Assembly: GCF_900114015.1 (NCBI RefSeq)
Contig: NZ_FORN01000007.1
Location: forward strand, 1 to 64,000
Direction of reading: 5' to 3'
Source of the DNA: Caulobacter sp. UNC279MFTsu5.1
GTDB lineage: Bacteria; Pseudomonadota; Alphaproteobacteria; Caulobacterales; Caulobacteraceae
DNA length: 64,000 nucleotides
Shown: positions 19,090-31,356 of the stretch, piece by piece
Position numbering within the stretch: the first letter of the stretch is position 1
Layout of the letters: every line of letters begins with the position of its first letter
The notes under the pieces: generated by a model
What the model saw: the letters and a program-made list of their open reading frames with translations, nothing else
Database searches by the model: none
Told to the model about the DNA's origin: nothing
Made by a program: the position numbers and the translations under genes

Positions 19090-20130
19090 CTAGAGTTTGT
19101 CGAACGCCGCCCGCACCAGCCGCGCGATCTCGCGGCAGGCCGCGTCGGCCGCTGGGACCGCGCCGGTGAAGGCCGTGAACCCGTGCGCCAGGCTGTCGTA
19201 GCAGCGGTAGGTGGTCGGCACGCCGGCCGCGATCAGCCGCTTGGCGTAGGCCTCGCCCTGGTCGACCAGGGGATCGAAGCCGGCGGTGACCACCACGGCC
19301 GGGGCCAGGCCGGACAGGTCGGCGGTCTTGTCCGGCGACAGGCGCGGATCGGCCGGGTCGGCGTCGGGACCCATGTAGTGGCCCATGAACCAGTCCATGA
19401 TCGGCCGGCTCAGCGGATAGGCGTCGCCATAGGTGGTCATCGACGGCGTCTCGCTGGCCACGTCGACGGCGGGATAGATCAGCAGCTGCAGAGCCGGCTG
19501 GGCCTCGCCCAGGCGCTTCATCTCCTGGGCGACGACGGCCGAGAGGTTGCCGCCCATCGAGTCGCCGCCGATCGCCGCCACGCCGGGCAGGGCCCCGAAG
19601 CGGGCGGCGTTGTCGCGGCCCCAGCGGAAGGCGGCCAGCACGTCTTCGAGGCCGGCCGGGAAGCGATGGTCCGGCGCCAGGCGGTAGTCGACCGACAGCA
19701 CCGCCGTACGGGCCAGGCGGGCCAGGATTCCGCAGAAGGCGTGGCAGGTCTCCAGGTCGCCGATCACCCCGCCGCCGAAATGGGCGAAGACGATCAGCGG
19801 CGCGCCGCTGTCCTGGTCGGCCGGGCGGTAGGCGCGCAGCCGGATCGGCCCGTTCGGGCCGTCGATCGACAGGCTCTCGTTGCGCACGCCGGGCTCGGGC
19901 GGACCGCTCATGGCGGCCAGGCCCTGGGCGCTGGCGGCGCGGGCCTCGTCCGGCGACAGGGTGGTCAGCGACGGCATCTTGGCGGCCCCCGCGGCCAGGA
20001 ACTGGAAGCGCGGATCCAGGGTCCGCCCGCCGCGATAGACGCTCCCGCCCCCCGACATCGCCCGCAGCACCGGGCTGGGCAGCGACAACAGCACCTTGAG
20101 GATGAATTTCTGGACGGCGGGATCGGCCAT
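19090..20130 (-). CDS. Alpha/beta-hydrolase fold esterase/lipase (HSL/arylesterase family)
   Basis: HGGG-type oxyanion motif (FAHFGGGVIG) and nucleophile motif GDSMGGNL, with the Asp/His triad positions conserved. Confidence 0.7.
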   Translation of the reverse strand: MADPAVQKFILKVLLSLPSPVLRAMSGGGSVYRGGRTLDPRFQFLAAGAAKMPSLTTLSPDEARAASAQGLAAMSGPPEPGVRNESLSIDGPNGPIRLRAYRPADQDSGAPLIVFAHFGGGVIGDLETCHAFCGILARLARTAVLSVDYRLAPDHRFPAGLEDVLAAFRWGRDNAARFGALPGVAAIGGDSMGGNLSAVVAQEMKRLGEAQPALQLLIYPAVDVASETPSMTTYGDAYPLSRPIMDWFMGHYMGPDADPADPRLSPDKTADLSGLAPAVVVTAGFDPLVDQGEAYAKRLIAAGVPTTYRCYDSLAHGFTAFTGAVPAADAACREIARLVRAAFDKL

Positions 20131-20162
20131 TCGGGCTCTTTCTTGTCGGCGGAACGGGAGGT

Positions 20163-20804
20163 CTAGAGGCGGGGCAGGGCGGGCAGGCCGCCCAGGATCA
20201 TCCGGACGGCGAAGTCGGCGGCGCCGTCCACGTCGATCGGCCGGCGCTCCAGCATCTTGTCGCCGACCTCGCGGGCGACGGCGATGCAGGCGGCGGCGAA
20301 ATAGTCCAGGTCGACGGCCGGGGCGTGGTCGTGTTCCAGCACCTTGGCGAAGGCGGCGTGGACCTCGTCGAACACCGCCTGGACCTCGGGGGTGGCGCGG
20401 GCGTGGGGAAAGACCTCGCCGGCCGGCCGGTTGATCCGCCAGCTCTCGTGCTCGGCCGCCAGGAAGTCGAAATAGGCCCGGATCGCGCCGCGCAGGAAGC
20501 TCTCGAAGTCGGCCGCCTTGTCGGACTCGGCCCGCAGGATTGGCCGAAAGCGCCGCGCGCCGTCGTCGGCCAGGGCGTCGAACACTTCTTCCTTGGACTT
20601 GTAGTAGTTGTAGAAGGTGCCCGAAGCCAAGCCCGTGCGGCGGATGATGTCGCGCACCGTGGCGGCCTCGTAGCCCAGCTCGCCGAACACCGCCCGCGCC
20701 GCGTCGAGGATCGCCTGGCGGTTGGCGACCTTGGTCCGTTCGCGCTTGCCGGGGCGGTTGTCCTCGCCGGGGCCGCGGGCGGGGAAGTAGGCGATGTTCG
20801 ACAT
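20163..20804 (-). CDS. TetR/AcrR-family transcriptional regulator
   Basis: N-terminal HTH (ILDAARAVFGELGYEAATVRDIIRRTGLASGTFYNYYKSKEEV). Confidence 0.8.
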   Translation of the reverse strand: MSNIAYFPARGPGEDNRPGKRERTKVANRQAILDAARAVFGELGYEAATVRDIIRRTGLASGTFYNYYKSKEEVFDALADDGARRFRPILRAESDKAADFESFLRGAIRAYFDFLAAEHESWRINRPAGEVFPHARATPEVQAVFDEVHAAFAKVLEHDHAPAVDLDYFAAACIAVAREVGDKMLERRPIDVDGAADFAVRMILGGLPALPRL

Positions 20805-20830
20805 CGGACGCGACTCGTGGCGAGGCCCAG

Positions 20831-20845
20831 ATGACGCCCCGTCAT
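20831..20845. promoter_or_regulatory. 15-bp palindrome ATGACGcccCGTCAT, candidate TetR operator
   Basis: Perfect inverted repeat 27 nt upstream of the tetR start, in the 51-bp gap between FMO and tetR. Confidence 0.35.
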
Positions 20846-20855
20846 GATTTCAGCC

Positions 20856-22238
20856 TCATTCCGCCGCCAGTGGCAAGGCGTCCGACGCTCGCGCCGGCAC
20901 GGGCAGGGCGCCGCCGGCCGCCCGCGCCCGCTTCCCGCCGGCCGCGATCTCCCTCTTCAGGTCGGCGCAATAGACCCCGAAGTCGACCTGGATGGTGTGG
21001 CGAGCCGAGGGGTAATAGTGGCCGGTGTGGCGCGCCTCGTCCCTGGCGGTGATGCGGCGCATCTCGTCGACCGGGGGCGGGAGGTAGCGCCCGGTCAGGT
21101 AGGCGGCGACCAGCTTGGACTGCTGCTCGGCGAAATTGACCAGGGTCGGCAGGGCCTGGGCCAGGCCCATGTAGAACAGGTCCGGCGCGCCGGGCTTCAT
21201 CATCCGCTTGAACAGCGGCAGGCGGTGGTCGGCGTCGGGAACCAGGGCCGGGTCGTCCAGGAACGGGAAGCTGATCCTGTAGCCGGTGGCGAACAGGATC
21301 ACGTCCACGGGCTCGACGCTGTCGTCGGCGAAGCGCACCTCGCGACCCTCCAGGGCCTTGATCGCCGGCTTGAAGGTGATGTCGCCGCAGCCGGCCCGGG
21401 TCAGGAACTCGCCGCTGACCGAGGGGTGGGCCTCCAACGGTTCGTGGTCGGGCTTGGGCAGGCCGTAGTCCTCCATCCGGCCGACATGCTTGCGGACCAG
21501 GGCGCCGACGATCTTCAGCCCCAGCCGGCGCGGCATCCACGGCGGCATGGCCGACTTGTCCGACGGCTTGCCGTTCAGATATTTCGGGAACACCCAGACC
21601 CCGCGCCGGGCCGAGACGATCAACTTGCCGGCGATCGGGCGTTGGGCCAGCTCGCTGGCGATGTCCATGGCCGAATTGCCCATGCCGACCACGACCACGG
21701 TCTTGCCGCGCATGTCGACCGGGTCGAACGGGTCGCTATAGGCGTGGGCGTGGAAGGCGACGCCGTCGAAGGTCCCCGGATAGTCGGGGATGCGCGGGTC
21801 CCAGTGGTGGCCGTTGGCGACGATCAGCACGTCGTAGCGCCGGGTCTCGCCGGTCGACAGGGTCACCGACCACAGGCCGTCGGCGGTGCGCTCGGCGCGC
21901 AGGACCTTGGTGTTGAAGGTGATGGTCTCGCGCAGGCCGAACCGGGCGACATAGTCCTTGAAGTATTTCAGGACCTGGCTGTGGTGCGGGAAGTCGGGCC
22001 AGTCGGGTGGAACCGGGAAGTCCTCGAAGGCCAGCCGCCACTTGGAGGTGTCGATGTGCAGGCTTTCGTAGCAGGCCGACAGCCCGTTGGGGTTCTTGTA
22101 GTACCAGTTGCCGCCGATGTCGTCGGAGGCCTCGAAGCAGTCATAGGGGACGCCGGCGTCGTTCAGCCGCTTGGCGGTGGTGAAGCCGCTGCAGCCCGCG
22201 CCGATGATGCAGACCTTCGGAAGCGACTTGGCGCCCAT
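20856..22238 (-). CDS. Flavin-containing monooxygenase (FMO/Baeyer-Villiger-type)
   Basis: FAD-binding motif (IIGAGCSGF), FMO-identifying motif FxGxxxHxxxY (FDGVAFHAHAY) and NADPH-binding motif (VVGMGNSAMD). Confidence 0.8.
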   Translation of the reverse strand: MGAKSLPKVCIIGAGCSGFTTAKRLNDAGVPYDCFEASDDIGGNWYYKNPNGLSACYESLHIDTSKWRLAFEDFPVPPDWPDFPHHSQVLKYFKDYVARFGLRETITFNTKVLRAERTADGLWSVTLSTGETRRYDVLIVANGHHWDPRIPDYPGTFDGVAFHAHAYSDPFDPVDMRGKTVVVVGMGNSAMDIASELAQRPIAGKLIVSARRGVWVFPKYLNGKPSDKSAMPPWMPRRLGLKIVGALVRKHVGRMEDYGLPKPDHEPLEAHPSVSGEFLTRAGCGDITFKPAIKALEGREVRFADDSVEPVDVILFATGYRISFPFLDDPALVPDADHRLPLFKRMMKPGAPDLFYMGLAQALPTLVNFAEQQSKLVAAYLTGRYLPPPVDEMRRITARDEARHTGHYYPSARHTIQVDFGVYCADLKREIAAGGKRARAAGGALPVPARASDALPLAAE

Positions 22239-22320
22239 GGCGCGCCTCCCCGACTTATCGTTGTTCAGGTGAGCGTATCAGCGTTATGCGAGCCGTCAAA
22301 CCGTCGTCGGGTCGGCGTGG

Positions 22321-22641
22321 CTAATTGCCGAGCGCGCGCGGCGAATAGGTGGCCGTGCAGCGCGACTTGCACTGCATCCACTGGGTCGGGCAGCTGTCGT
22401 CGTCACCGTTGGCCCGGCAGAAGAAGTAGGTGCGGTTGCAGGACGCGCGGCACTGGTCCGGGTCGCGGGCCGGCGCGGCGCCGGTCAGCGGGATCAGCGG
22501 CGGCGGCAGGGCCGGCGTGTCGGCCTGGACCGGGGCGCTGGCCGGCTTGGCGGGAACCACCCGCGTCGGCTTGGCCGTCTGGGCCGCGGCCGAGCCGGCC
22601 AGGGCGGCGAGGATCAGCAGGCAGGCGAGGGCGCGGCGCAT
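22321..22641 (-). CDS. Small secreted cysteine-rich protein (106 aa), unknown function
   Basis: Signal peptide MRRALACLLILAALAGSAAAQ, a Pro/Ala-rich linker, then a 35-aa module with six Cys (CRASC-x6-C-x8-C-x6-CKSRC). Codon usage looks coding, but I recognise no family. Confidence 0.4.
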   Translation of the reverse strand: MRRALACLLILAALAGSAAAQTAKPTRVVPAKPASAPVQADTPALPPPLIPLTGAAPARDPDQCRASCNRTYFFCRANGDDDSCPTQWMQCKSRCTATYSPRALGN

Positions 22642-22709
22642 GGGGAGGGTTGTAGCGCGCCGGCGTTGAGGTTCGGTTAACCACGTTCGATCCTCACGGT
22701 TGCGCGACC

Positions 22710-23603
22710 CTAGGGCTGCGACGTCGCCAGGAACGCGCTCAGCCCTTCCGCCAGGTGGTCGAACATCGCCCGCATGCGCAGGGTCGCGCGCAGGTCCTCG
22801 TGCATGACCAGCCAGACCGGAAGGTCGAAGCCGATCTGGCCGGGGCAGACCGGGACCAGGTCGGGATCGCGGCGGGCCACCCCGTGCTGGACGAAGCCGA
22901 TCCCGAAGCCGGCGCGGACGGCGGCCAGCTGGGCCAGGTCGCTGTCGGCCCGGAATGCAAAGCCCTGGGGCGGGAGCGGCACGTGCTGGACCAGGCCGCG
23001 CAGGAACGGCGTGCCCTTGTCGAAGCCGATCAGGGCGTGGTCGGCCAGGGCGTCCAGGGTGGCGGGCGCGCCCTCGGCCTCCAGATAGCGGCGGTGGGCG
23101 TAGAGGCCCAGGTGGGTGTCGGCCAGCCGCCGGGCGACCAGGGCGTCCTGGGTCGGACGGACCATGCGCACGGCGATGTCGGCCGCGCCGCGCAGCAGGT
23201 CCTGCTGCTGGTTGTCCAGCGACAGCTCGACCGTCACGCCGGGATGCAGCGGGCGGAAGTCGGCCAGGATCGCCGGCAGCACCTCGGCGCCGACGATCTC
23301 GCTGGCGGTCAGGCGGACCACGCCGCGCGCCGTGTCGCCGGCCCCGGACGCGGCGCGGACCAGGGCGCCGGCCGCCCCGGCCATGGCCTGGGCGTGGGGC
23401 TGGAGGTCGAGCGCGGCGTCGGTGGGCTTCAGGCCCTGGGGCGAGCGGGTGAACAGGGCCACCCCCAGGGCGCGCTCCAACTGGGCGACCTGGCGGCCCA
23501 GGGTCGGCTGGGTCAGGCCCAGGGCCCGGGCGGCGGCCGACAGGCTGCCCTCGGTCATCACCGCCAGGAAGGCGCGGTACAGGCTCCAGTCGGGATCGCT
23601 CAT
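22710..23603 (-). CDS. LysR-family transcriptional regulator
   Basis: N-terminal HTH (DWSLYRAFLAVMTEGSLSAAARALGLTQPTLGRQVAQLE) plus a substrate-binding domain. It is divergent from an NmrA-like gene. An alternative start lies at 23615. Confidence 0.8.
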   Translation of the reverse strand: MSDPDWSLYRAFLAVMTEGSLSAAARALGLTQPTLGRQVAQLERALGVALFTRSPQGLKPTDAALDLQPHAQAMAGAAGALVRAASGAGDTARGVVRLTASEIVGAEVLPAILADFRPLHPGVTVELSLDNQQQDLLRGAADIAVRMVRPTQDALVARRLADTHLGLYAHRRYLEAEGAPATLDALADHALIGFDKGTPFLRGLVQHVPLPPQGFAFRADSDLAQLAAVRAGFGIGFVQHGVARRDPDLVPVCPGQIGFDLPVWLVMHEDLRATLRMRAMFDHLAEGLSAFLATSQP

Positions 23604-23696
23604 GCATTCATGCATGGCAGATCAAGAAGGTTCGTCAATTCTCGTTTGGGCTGGCTTGGTCGATCTTGCGGTCATCAACCCCGACGGAGACCGACA

Positions 23697-24707
23697 ATGA
23701 CCACGACCCAGCAACGCATCGCCCTGGTGATCGGCGCGACCGGCGGCATCGGCGGCGAAGCCGCCTCGGCCCTGGTCCGCCACGGCTGGACGGTCCGGGC
23801 CCTGACCCGCCGCGCCCAGCCTGACCGCGCCGGAATCGACTGGATCCGGGGCGACGCCATGGTCGCGGCCGACGTGGCCCGCGCCGCCCAGGGCGTCCAG
23901 CTGATCGTCCACGCCGCCAATCCCCCCGGCTACCGCAACTGGGGCAAGCTGGTTCTGCCGATGCTGGACAGCACCATCGCCGCGGCCAAGGCGCAGGGCG
24001 CGCGGATCCTGCTGCCGGGCACGGTCTATAATTTCGGCCTGGAGACTTTCCCGCTGGTCGACGAGACCGCGCCGCAGAACCCGACCACCCGCAAGGGCAA
24101 GATCCGCGTCGAGATGGAGCGGCGGCTGAAGGCGGCCTCGGCCCAGGGGGCGCCGGTGTTGATCGTCCGGGCCGGCGACTTCTTCGGGCCGCACGCCAGC
24201 AACAACTGGTTCGGCCAGGCGGTGGTCAAGTCGGGCGGGCCGGTGAGGTCGGTGACCGAGCCCGCGGCCCGGGGCGTGGCCCACGCCTGGGCCTACCTGC
24301 CGGACCTGGCCGAAACCATGGCCCAACTGCTCGACCGGGCTGACCGCCTCGCGGCCTTCGAGGTCTTCCACTTCGGCGGCCACCGACTGGGCTGGGGCGA
24401 GATGGCGGCCTCGGTGCGGCGGGCGGCCGGCCAGCCGAAGCTGCCGGTGACGGGTTTCCCCTGGTGGCTGGTCGTCGCCCTGTCGCCGGTCGTGCCGCTG
24501 TTCCACGAGATGGCCGAGATGCGTTACCTGTGGCGTGAGCCCCTGGCGCTGGACGACCGCAAGCTCCGGGCGTTCTTGGGGGATGTGCCGCACACCCCGC
24601 TGGACGCGGCGGTGGCGGCGAGCCTGCGGGGGCTGGGGTGTCTCGAGGTTTCGGACCCTCTCCCGACGGGAGAGGGAGGGGTTCGCCGCGCAGCGGTGGG
24701 AGGGTGA
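23697..24707 (+). CDS. NAD(P)H-binding NmrA-like / atypical SDR-family protein
   Basis: Rossmann motif IALVIGATGGIGGEAASALVRHGWTVRALTR. Its last ~20 codons run into the repeat cluster. Confidence 0.65.
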   Translation: MTTTQQRIALVIGATGGIGGEAASALVRHGWTVRALTRRAQPDRAGIDWIRGDAMVAADVARAAQGVQLIVHAANPPGYRNWGKLVLPMLDSTIAAAKAQGARILLPGTVYNFGLETFPLVDETAPQNPTTRKGKIRVEMERRLKAASAQGAPVLIVRAGDFFGPHASNNWFGQAVVKSGGPVRSVTEPAARGVAHAWAYLPDLAETMAQLLDRADRLAAFEVFHFGGHRLGWGEMAASVRRAAGQPKLPVTGFPWWLVVALSPVVPLFHEMAEMRYLWREPLALDDRKLRAFLGDVPHTPLDAAVAASLRGLGCLEVSDPLPTGEGGVRRAAVGG

Positions 24708-24822
24708 GGGGGCAAACCCTCACCGATTTCTCACGAAACGCCCTGCCGGCACGCCGGTTAACGTCCAAGCCCCTCACCCTCCCAGGCTTCGACTGGGCCC
24801 CTCCCTCTCCCCATGGGAGAGG
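24657..24822. repeat. Family D cluster of short GC hairpins (ccctctccc-N-gggagaggg; gggtgaggg-N-ccctcaccc)
   Basis: Hairpins ccctctcccgacgggagaggg, gggagggtgagggggcaaaccctcacc, cccctcaccctccc and ccctctccccatgggagaggg. Similar single hairpins follow proC (52201-52221) and the holin-like gene (42719-42735). Confidence 0.6.
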
Positions 24823-24842
24823 GTTCTGGAGGGTGAAGAGCG

Positions 24843-25598
24843 TTACGTCTTCAGCTTTTCGATCAGGGCCATGGCCGCCGCCGGGTTCCGCACCTTCGCT
24901 CCGGCGATGAAATAGGCGAAGACGTCGCCGCGCTTGGCCCATTCACGCGTCTGCTTGGCGATCCCGTCCAGCTCTTCCGAGGTCATGCCGGTGGGCTCGT
25001 CGGCCTTGCTGGACATTAGCCGGGCATAGGTGAAGTCGGCGGTCGGCTGGTCGATGCAGGGCCAGGTCGGCTCCTCGTCGTCGACGGCGTAGACGATGGC
25101 CGCGCCGTACTTGGCGGCTAGGTCGTAGAACTGCTGGTCGGCGAAGGTCGGGCTGCGGACCTCGAGGGCGTGGCGGGCCGGCCGGCCGCCGATCTCCTTG
25201 GGCAGCAGTTTCAAAAAGCCCTCGAAATCGACCGGGTCGAACTTCTTGGTCGCCATGAACTGCCAGTTGATCGGCCCCAGCTTGGGGCCCAGCTCCTCCA
25301 GCCCCTGGGCCAGGAACTTCTCCATCGAGTCGTTGTTCTCGGACAGCACGCGGCGGTTGGTGCAGAACCGGCTGGCCTTGACCGAAAACACGAAGTCGTC
25401 GGGCGTCTCGTCGCGCCACTTCTGCCAGCTGTTGGGCTTGAAGGTGGAATAGTAGGTGCCGTTGATCTCGATGCTGGTCAGCTTGCTGGACGCGTACTTC
25501 AGCTCGTCCTTCTGCTTGAGGTCTTCGGGATAGAACGGGCCGCCCCGCCAGGGCTCGAACGTCCAGCCGCCGATGCCGGCGCGAATGGTCCCGGGCAT
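24843..25598 (-). CDS. DUF72 (UPF0759) family protein
   Basis: IRAGIGGWTFEPWRGGPFYP ... LTSIEINGTYYS is the characteristic DUF72 N-terminus. Confidence 0.75.
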   Translation of the reverse strand: MPGTIRAGIGGWTFEPWRGGPFYPEDLKQKDELKYASSKLTSIEINGTYYSTFKPNSWQKWRDETPDDFVFSVKASRFCTNRRVLSENNDSMEKFLAQGLEELGPKLGPINWQFMATKKFDPVDFEGFLKLLPKEIGGRPARHALEVRSPTFADQQFYDLAAKYGAAIVYAVDDEEPTWPCIDQPTADFTYARLMSSKADEPTGMTSEELDGIAKQTREWAKRGDVFAYFIAGAKVRNPAAAMALIEKLKT

Positions 25599-25692
25599 GC
25601 ACGTGTTCCCTTCCTGTTCTCGGGGCGCACCCTAGGTCAGGGGCGGGAGAAAGGGCAAGGGGGAAAAGGCGGTGGTGAACCCCCTCCAGCCC

Positions 25693-27081
<1,389 letters not shown>

Positions 27082-27138
27082 TCAGATACCTCGCTCACCC
27101 CATCGCTGGAGGAGCGCCAAATCAATCGCAAATGAACC

Positions 27139-27239
27139 TGTCATCCCGGACAAGCGAAGCGCAGATCCGGGACCGCCGGAAGCGCGGCGCTCAAGCGCCG
27201 ATCCCGGATCTTCGCGCTGCGCGCTCGTCCGGGATGACA
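27139..27239. repeat. Family A compound palindromic element (~100 bp), copy 5
   Basis: tgtcatcccggacaagcgaagcgcagatccgggaccg ... gatcccggatcttcgcgctgcgcgctcgtccgggatgaca. Confidence 0.8.
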
Positions 27240-27250
27240 AGGAAAGAGGG

Positions 27251-28930
<1,680 letters not shown>

Positions 28931-29008
28931 TCTTTGGAGCAGATCTTGGTCGTGGAGCGGAGACCCTAGCCTTAGCCGGGACCGACTGCACGCGAGAATG
29001 GCGCCGGA

Positions 29009-30100
29009 CTAGCGGCGGGACTTGTCCGTCTTCATCGCGGCGGACCGCACGCGACTTTCGAGAACCTCCAACTGGCCGTCGATCATCGTGCGGTTGGGAT
29101 CGTGACCGGTGCGCGGCAAGCGGACGAACAGCTTGGCTGGAGCCGTCAGGGTGTCGAAATAGGCCCGGGAGATTTCGGGCGGCGTGACGAGATCCTCGTC
29201 GCCCTGAAGCAGGAAGACGGGCATTTCGAAGCGGGTTCCCAGCTTGCGCAGGTCGAGCCGAGGCCCCATGCCGTCCCCGGCCATCCCGACGAACTGCAGG
29301 AAGGAATAGTCCTCCCCGGCCTCGTAGGCCGCTTCATAGGCGGGGGTGTCGTAGCCCGCCGCGAACTTGAACCAGTCCGCCGGCGGCGGATCGGTCTTCA
29401 GCGCCTCGTACTTGCGCGTGGCGCGCCGGAGGACGCCGAAGCCCCGCGGGTTGGTCCACGGGGGCGGGCCCAGCGCTTCCAGCTTGCCGATCGTCTCCGC
29501 GTCGCCCGCGCCGCGCGCGAGGCTCAGGGTGCGCTCATAGCTGGCCTTCACATCGTCCGCGTAGCTGACGAGTTGGGCCGTGCCGACATAGGCATGGAAG
29601 AGGTCCGGCTGGGCCTGGGCGATGTGGACGGCCAGCGCGGAGCCCCACGAGCCGCCCATCAGGATCACCTTCCGCTTGCCCAGCCGCTGGGTGAGATAGC
29701 GCGCCACTTCGACGCCGTCGTCGGCCAGCCGCTCGATGCTGAGAGGCTCGCCTTCCGCCGGCGGGTTGGCGCCATAGGTCTTGCCCGCGCCGCGCTGGTC
29801 CCACTGAACGACCGTGAAGTCCTTGGTCCAGGCGCCGAACAGGGTGTGGGCGAAGGGCGTGTTCGGATTGCCCGGACCCCCGTGGACGATCAGCACGACC
29901 GGGTTGGCGCAGTCCTGGCCTTCGACGACGACCCATTGCTGGATGCCGCCGATGCGGACGAAGCCCGCCTCGTCGACGGCGCGCCCCGGCGCGCGGCAGG
30001 CCGCGTTGAGCTCCGCGGCCGGCGTCGACGAAGGCTGGGCCAGGCCTGGTCTCGGCGACAGCCACAGCAGCGCCGCGGCGACCAACCCAAATGCCCTCAT
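29009..30100 (-). CDS. Secreted alpha/beta hydrolase (prolyl aminopeptidase-like, S33 family)
   Basis: Signal peptide, HGGPG oxyanion motif, GGSWGS nucleophile elbow and a C-terminal His. Confidence 0.6.
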   Translation of the reverse strand: MRAFGLVAAALLWLSPRPGLAQPSSTPAAELNAACRAPGRAVDEAGFVRIGGIQQWVVVEGQDCANPVVLIVHGGPGNPNTPFAHTLFGAWTKDFTVVQWDQRGAGKTYGANPPAEGEPLSIERLADDGVEVARYLTQRLGKRKVILMGGSWGSALAVHIAQAQPDLFHAYVGTAQLVSYADDVKASYERTLSLARGAGDAETIGKLEALGPPPWTNPRGFGVLRRATRKYEALKTDPPPADWFKFAAGYDTPAYEAAYEAGEDYSFLQFVGMAGDGMGPRLDLRKLGTRFEMPVFLLQGDEDLVTPPEISRAYFDTLTAPAKLFVRLPRTGHDPNRTMIDGQLEVLESRVRSAAMKTDKSRR

Positions 30101-30279
30101 CGCACCCTCACAGAACCTCTTCCGCCCATGTGCGGAGGTTGCGGGCTAGCCTCAAACGCCCAAGGAAGAAAGCTCTACTTCTCGACGTCGCCCTCGCCGC
30201 GCGTGCGGAAAAGCCGCCGGCGGGCCCGATTGCGGAAGGTGCGGCCTGCCTCGTCCTCGTCCGCGAAGCGGGAGGCGGT

Positions 30280-31257
30280 TCAGATCTCCCCACCCAGCAC
30301 CCGCCCGTACAGCGCCGGATCGACATTCCCGCCCGAGCAGACGATCGCCGCCGTCTGGCCCTTCAGGTCGATCCTGCCGGCCAGGGCCGCCGCCAGGGCC
30401 ACGCAGCCGCCGGGCTCGACCACCAGCTTCAGCACCGAGAAGGCGTAGCGCATGGCCTCGGCGACCTCGGCGTCGGTGACGGCGACGATCCCACTGAGGG
30501 TCTGGCTGTTGATCGGCCAGGTCAGTTCGCCGGGGATCGGGGTCAGCAGGGCGTCGCAGATCGAGCGGGCGTCCGGATCGATGGTCTCGCGCCGGCCCGA
30601 GGCCAGGGAGCGGCGAGTCTCGTCGAAGCCGGCCGGCTCGGCGCCCCAGACCTGCGTGGCCGGCGACAGGGCCTTGACCGCGGTCGAGACGCCGGCGATC
30701 AGCCCGCCGCCGCCGACCGGACCGAGCACCTTGTCCAGCTCGACGCCCAGGGCTCGGGCCTGCTCGACGATCTCCAGCCCGACCGTGCCCTGGCCGGCGA
30801 TGATGTGCGGGTCGTCGTAGGACGGCACGACCACGCAGCCGCGCTCGGCGGCGATCTGGTCGGCGATGGCGACGCGGTCCTCGGTGAAGCGGTCGTAGAA
30901 TCGGATCTCGGCCCCGAAGCCTCGCGTGCCCTCGACCTTTACCGCCGGGGAGTCGGACGGCATGACGATCAGGGCCGGGCAGCCCAGCAGTTGGGCGGCC
31001 AGGGCCACGCCCTGGGCGTGGTTGCCCGACGAGAAGGCCACCACCCCGCGCCGGCGTTCGTCGTCGCTCAGCTGGGACAGGCGGTTGTAGGCGCCGCGGA
31101 ACTTGAAGGCCCCGGCCCGCTGCAGGGTCTCGGGCTTGATCAGCGCCCGGCCGCCGAGGCGGTCGTTGAGCGCCGGGCTCTCGATCAGCGGCGTGCGGAC
31201 GGCCAGGCCCGCGAGGCGGGCGGCGGCGGCCTGGATGTCGGAAAGGGCGATGCTCAT
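30280..31257 (-). CDS. PLP-dependent threonine/serine dehydratase (threonine ammonia-lyase family)
   Basis: PLP-lysine motif (AFKFRGAYN), SGNHAQG, and a glycine-rich loop (GPVGGGGLIAG). Confidence 0.8.
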   Translation of the reverse strand: MSIALSDIQAAAARLAGLAVRTPLIESPALNDRLGGRALIKPETLQRAGAFKFRGAYNRLSQLSDDERRRGVVAFSSGNHAQGVALAAQLLGCPALIVMPSDSPAVKVEGTRGFGAEIRFYDRFTEDRVAIADQIAAERGCVVVPSYDDPHIIAGQGTVGLEIVEQARALGVELDKVLGPVGGGGLIAGVSTAVKALSPATQVWGAEPAGFDETRRSLASGRRETIDPDARSICDALLTPIPGELTWPINSQTLSGIVAVTDAEVAEAMRYAFSVLKLVVEPGGCVALAAALAGRIDLKGQTAAIVCSGGNVDPALYGRVLGGEI

Positions 31258-31356
31258 GGCGCCTAGGTCTATCGTCCGGCAAGCGACGCCGAAACCCTTT
31301 GCGAGCAGAGCCGATCACGCGATAAGAGGACGCACGATCCTGCTGGGGAGCATTCC

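Noticed and set aside
23601-23616. Palindrome CATGCATtcATGCATG at the LysR start as an operator
   Set aside because: It overlaps two in-frame ATG codons of the LysR gene itself and may be coincidental. LysR T-N11-A boxes are not evident.
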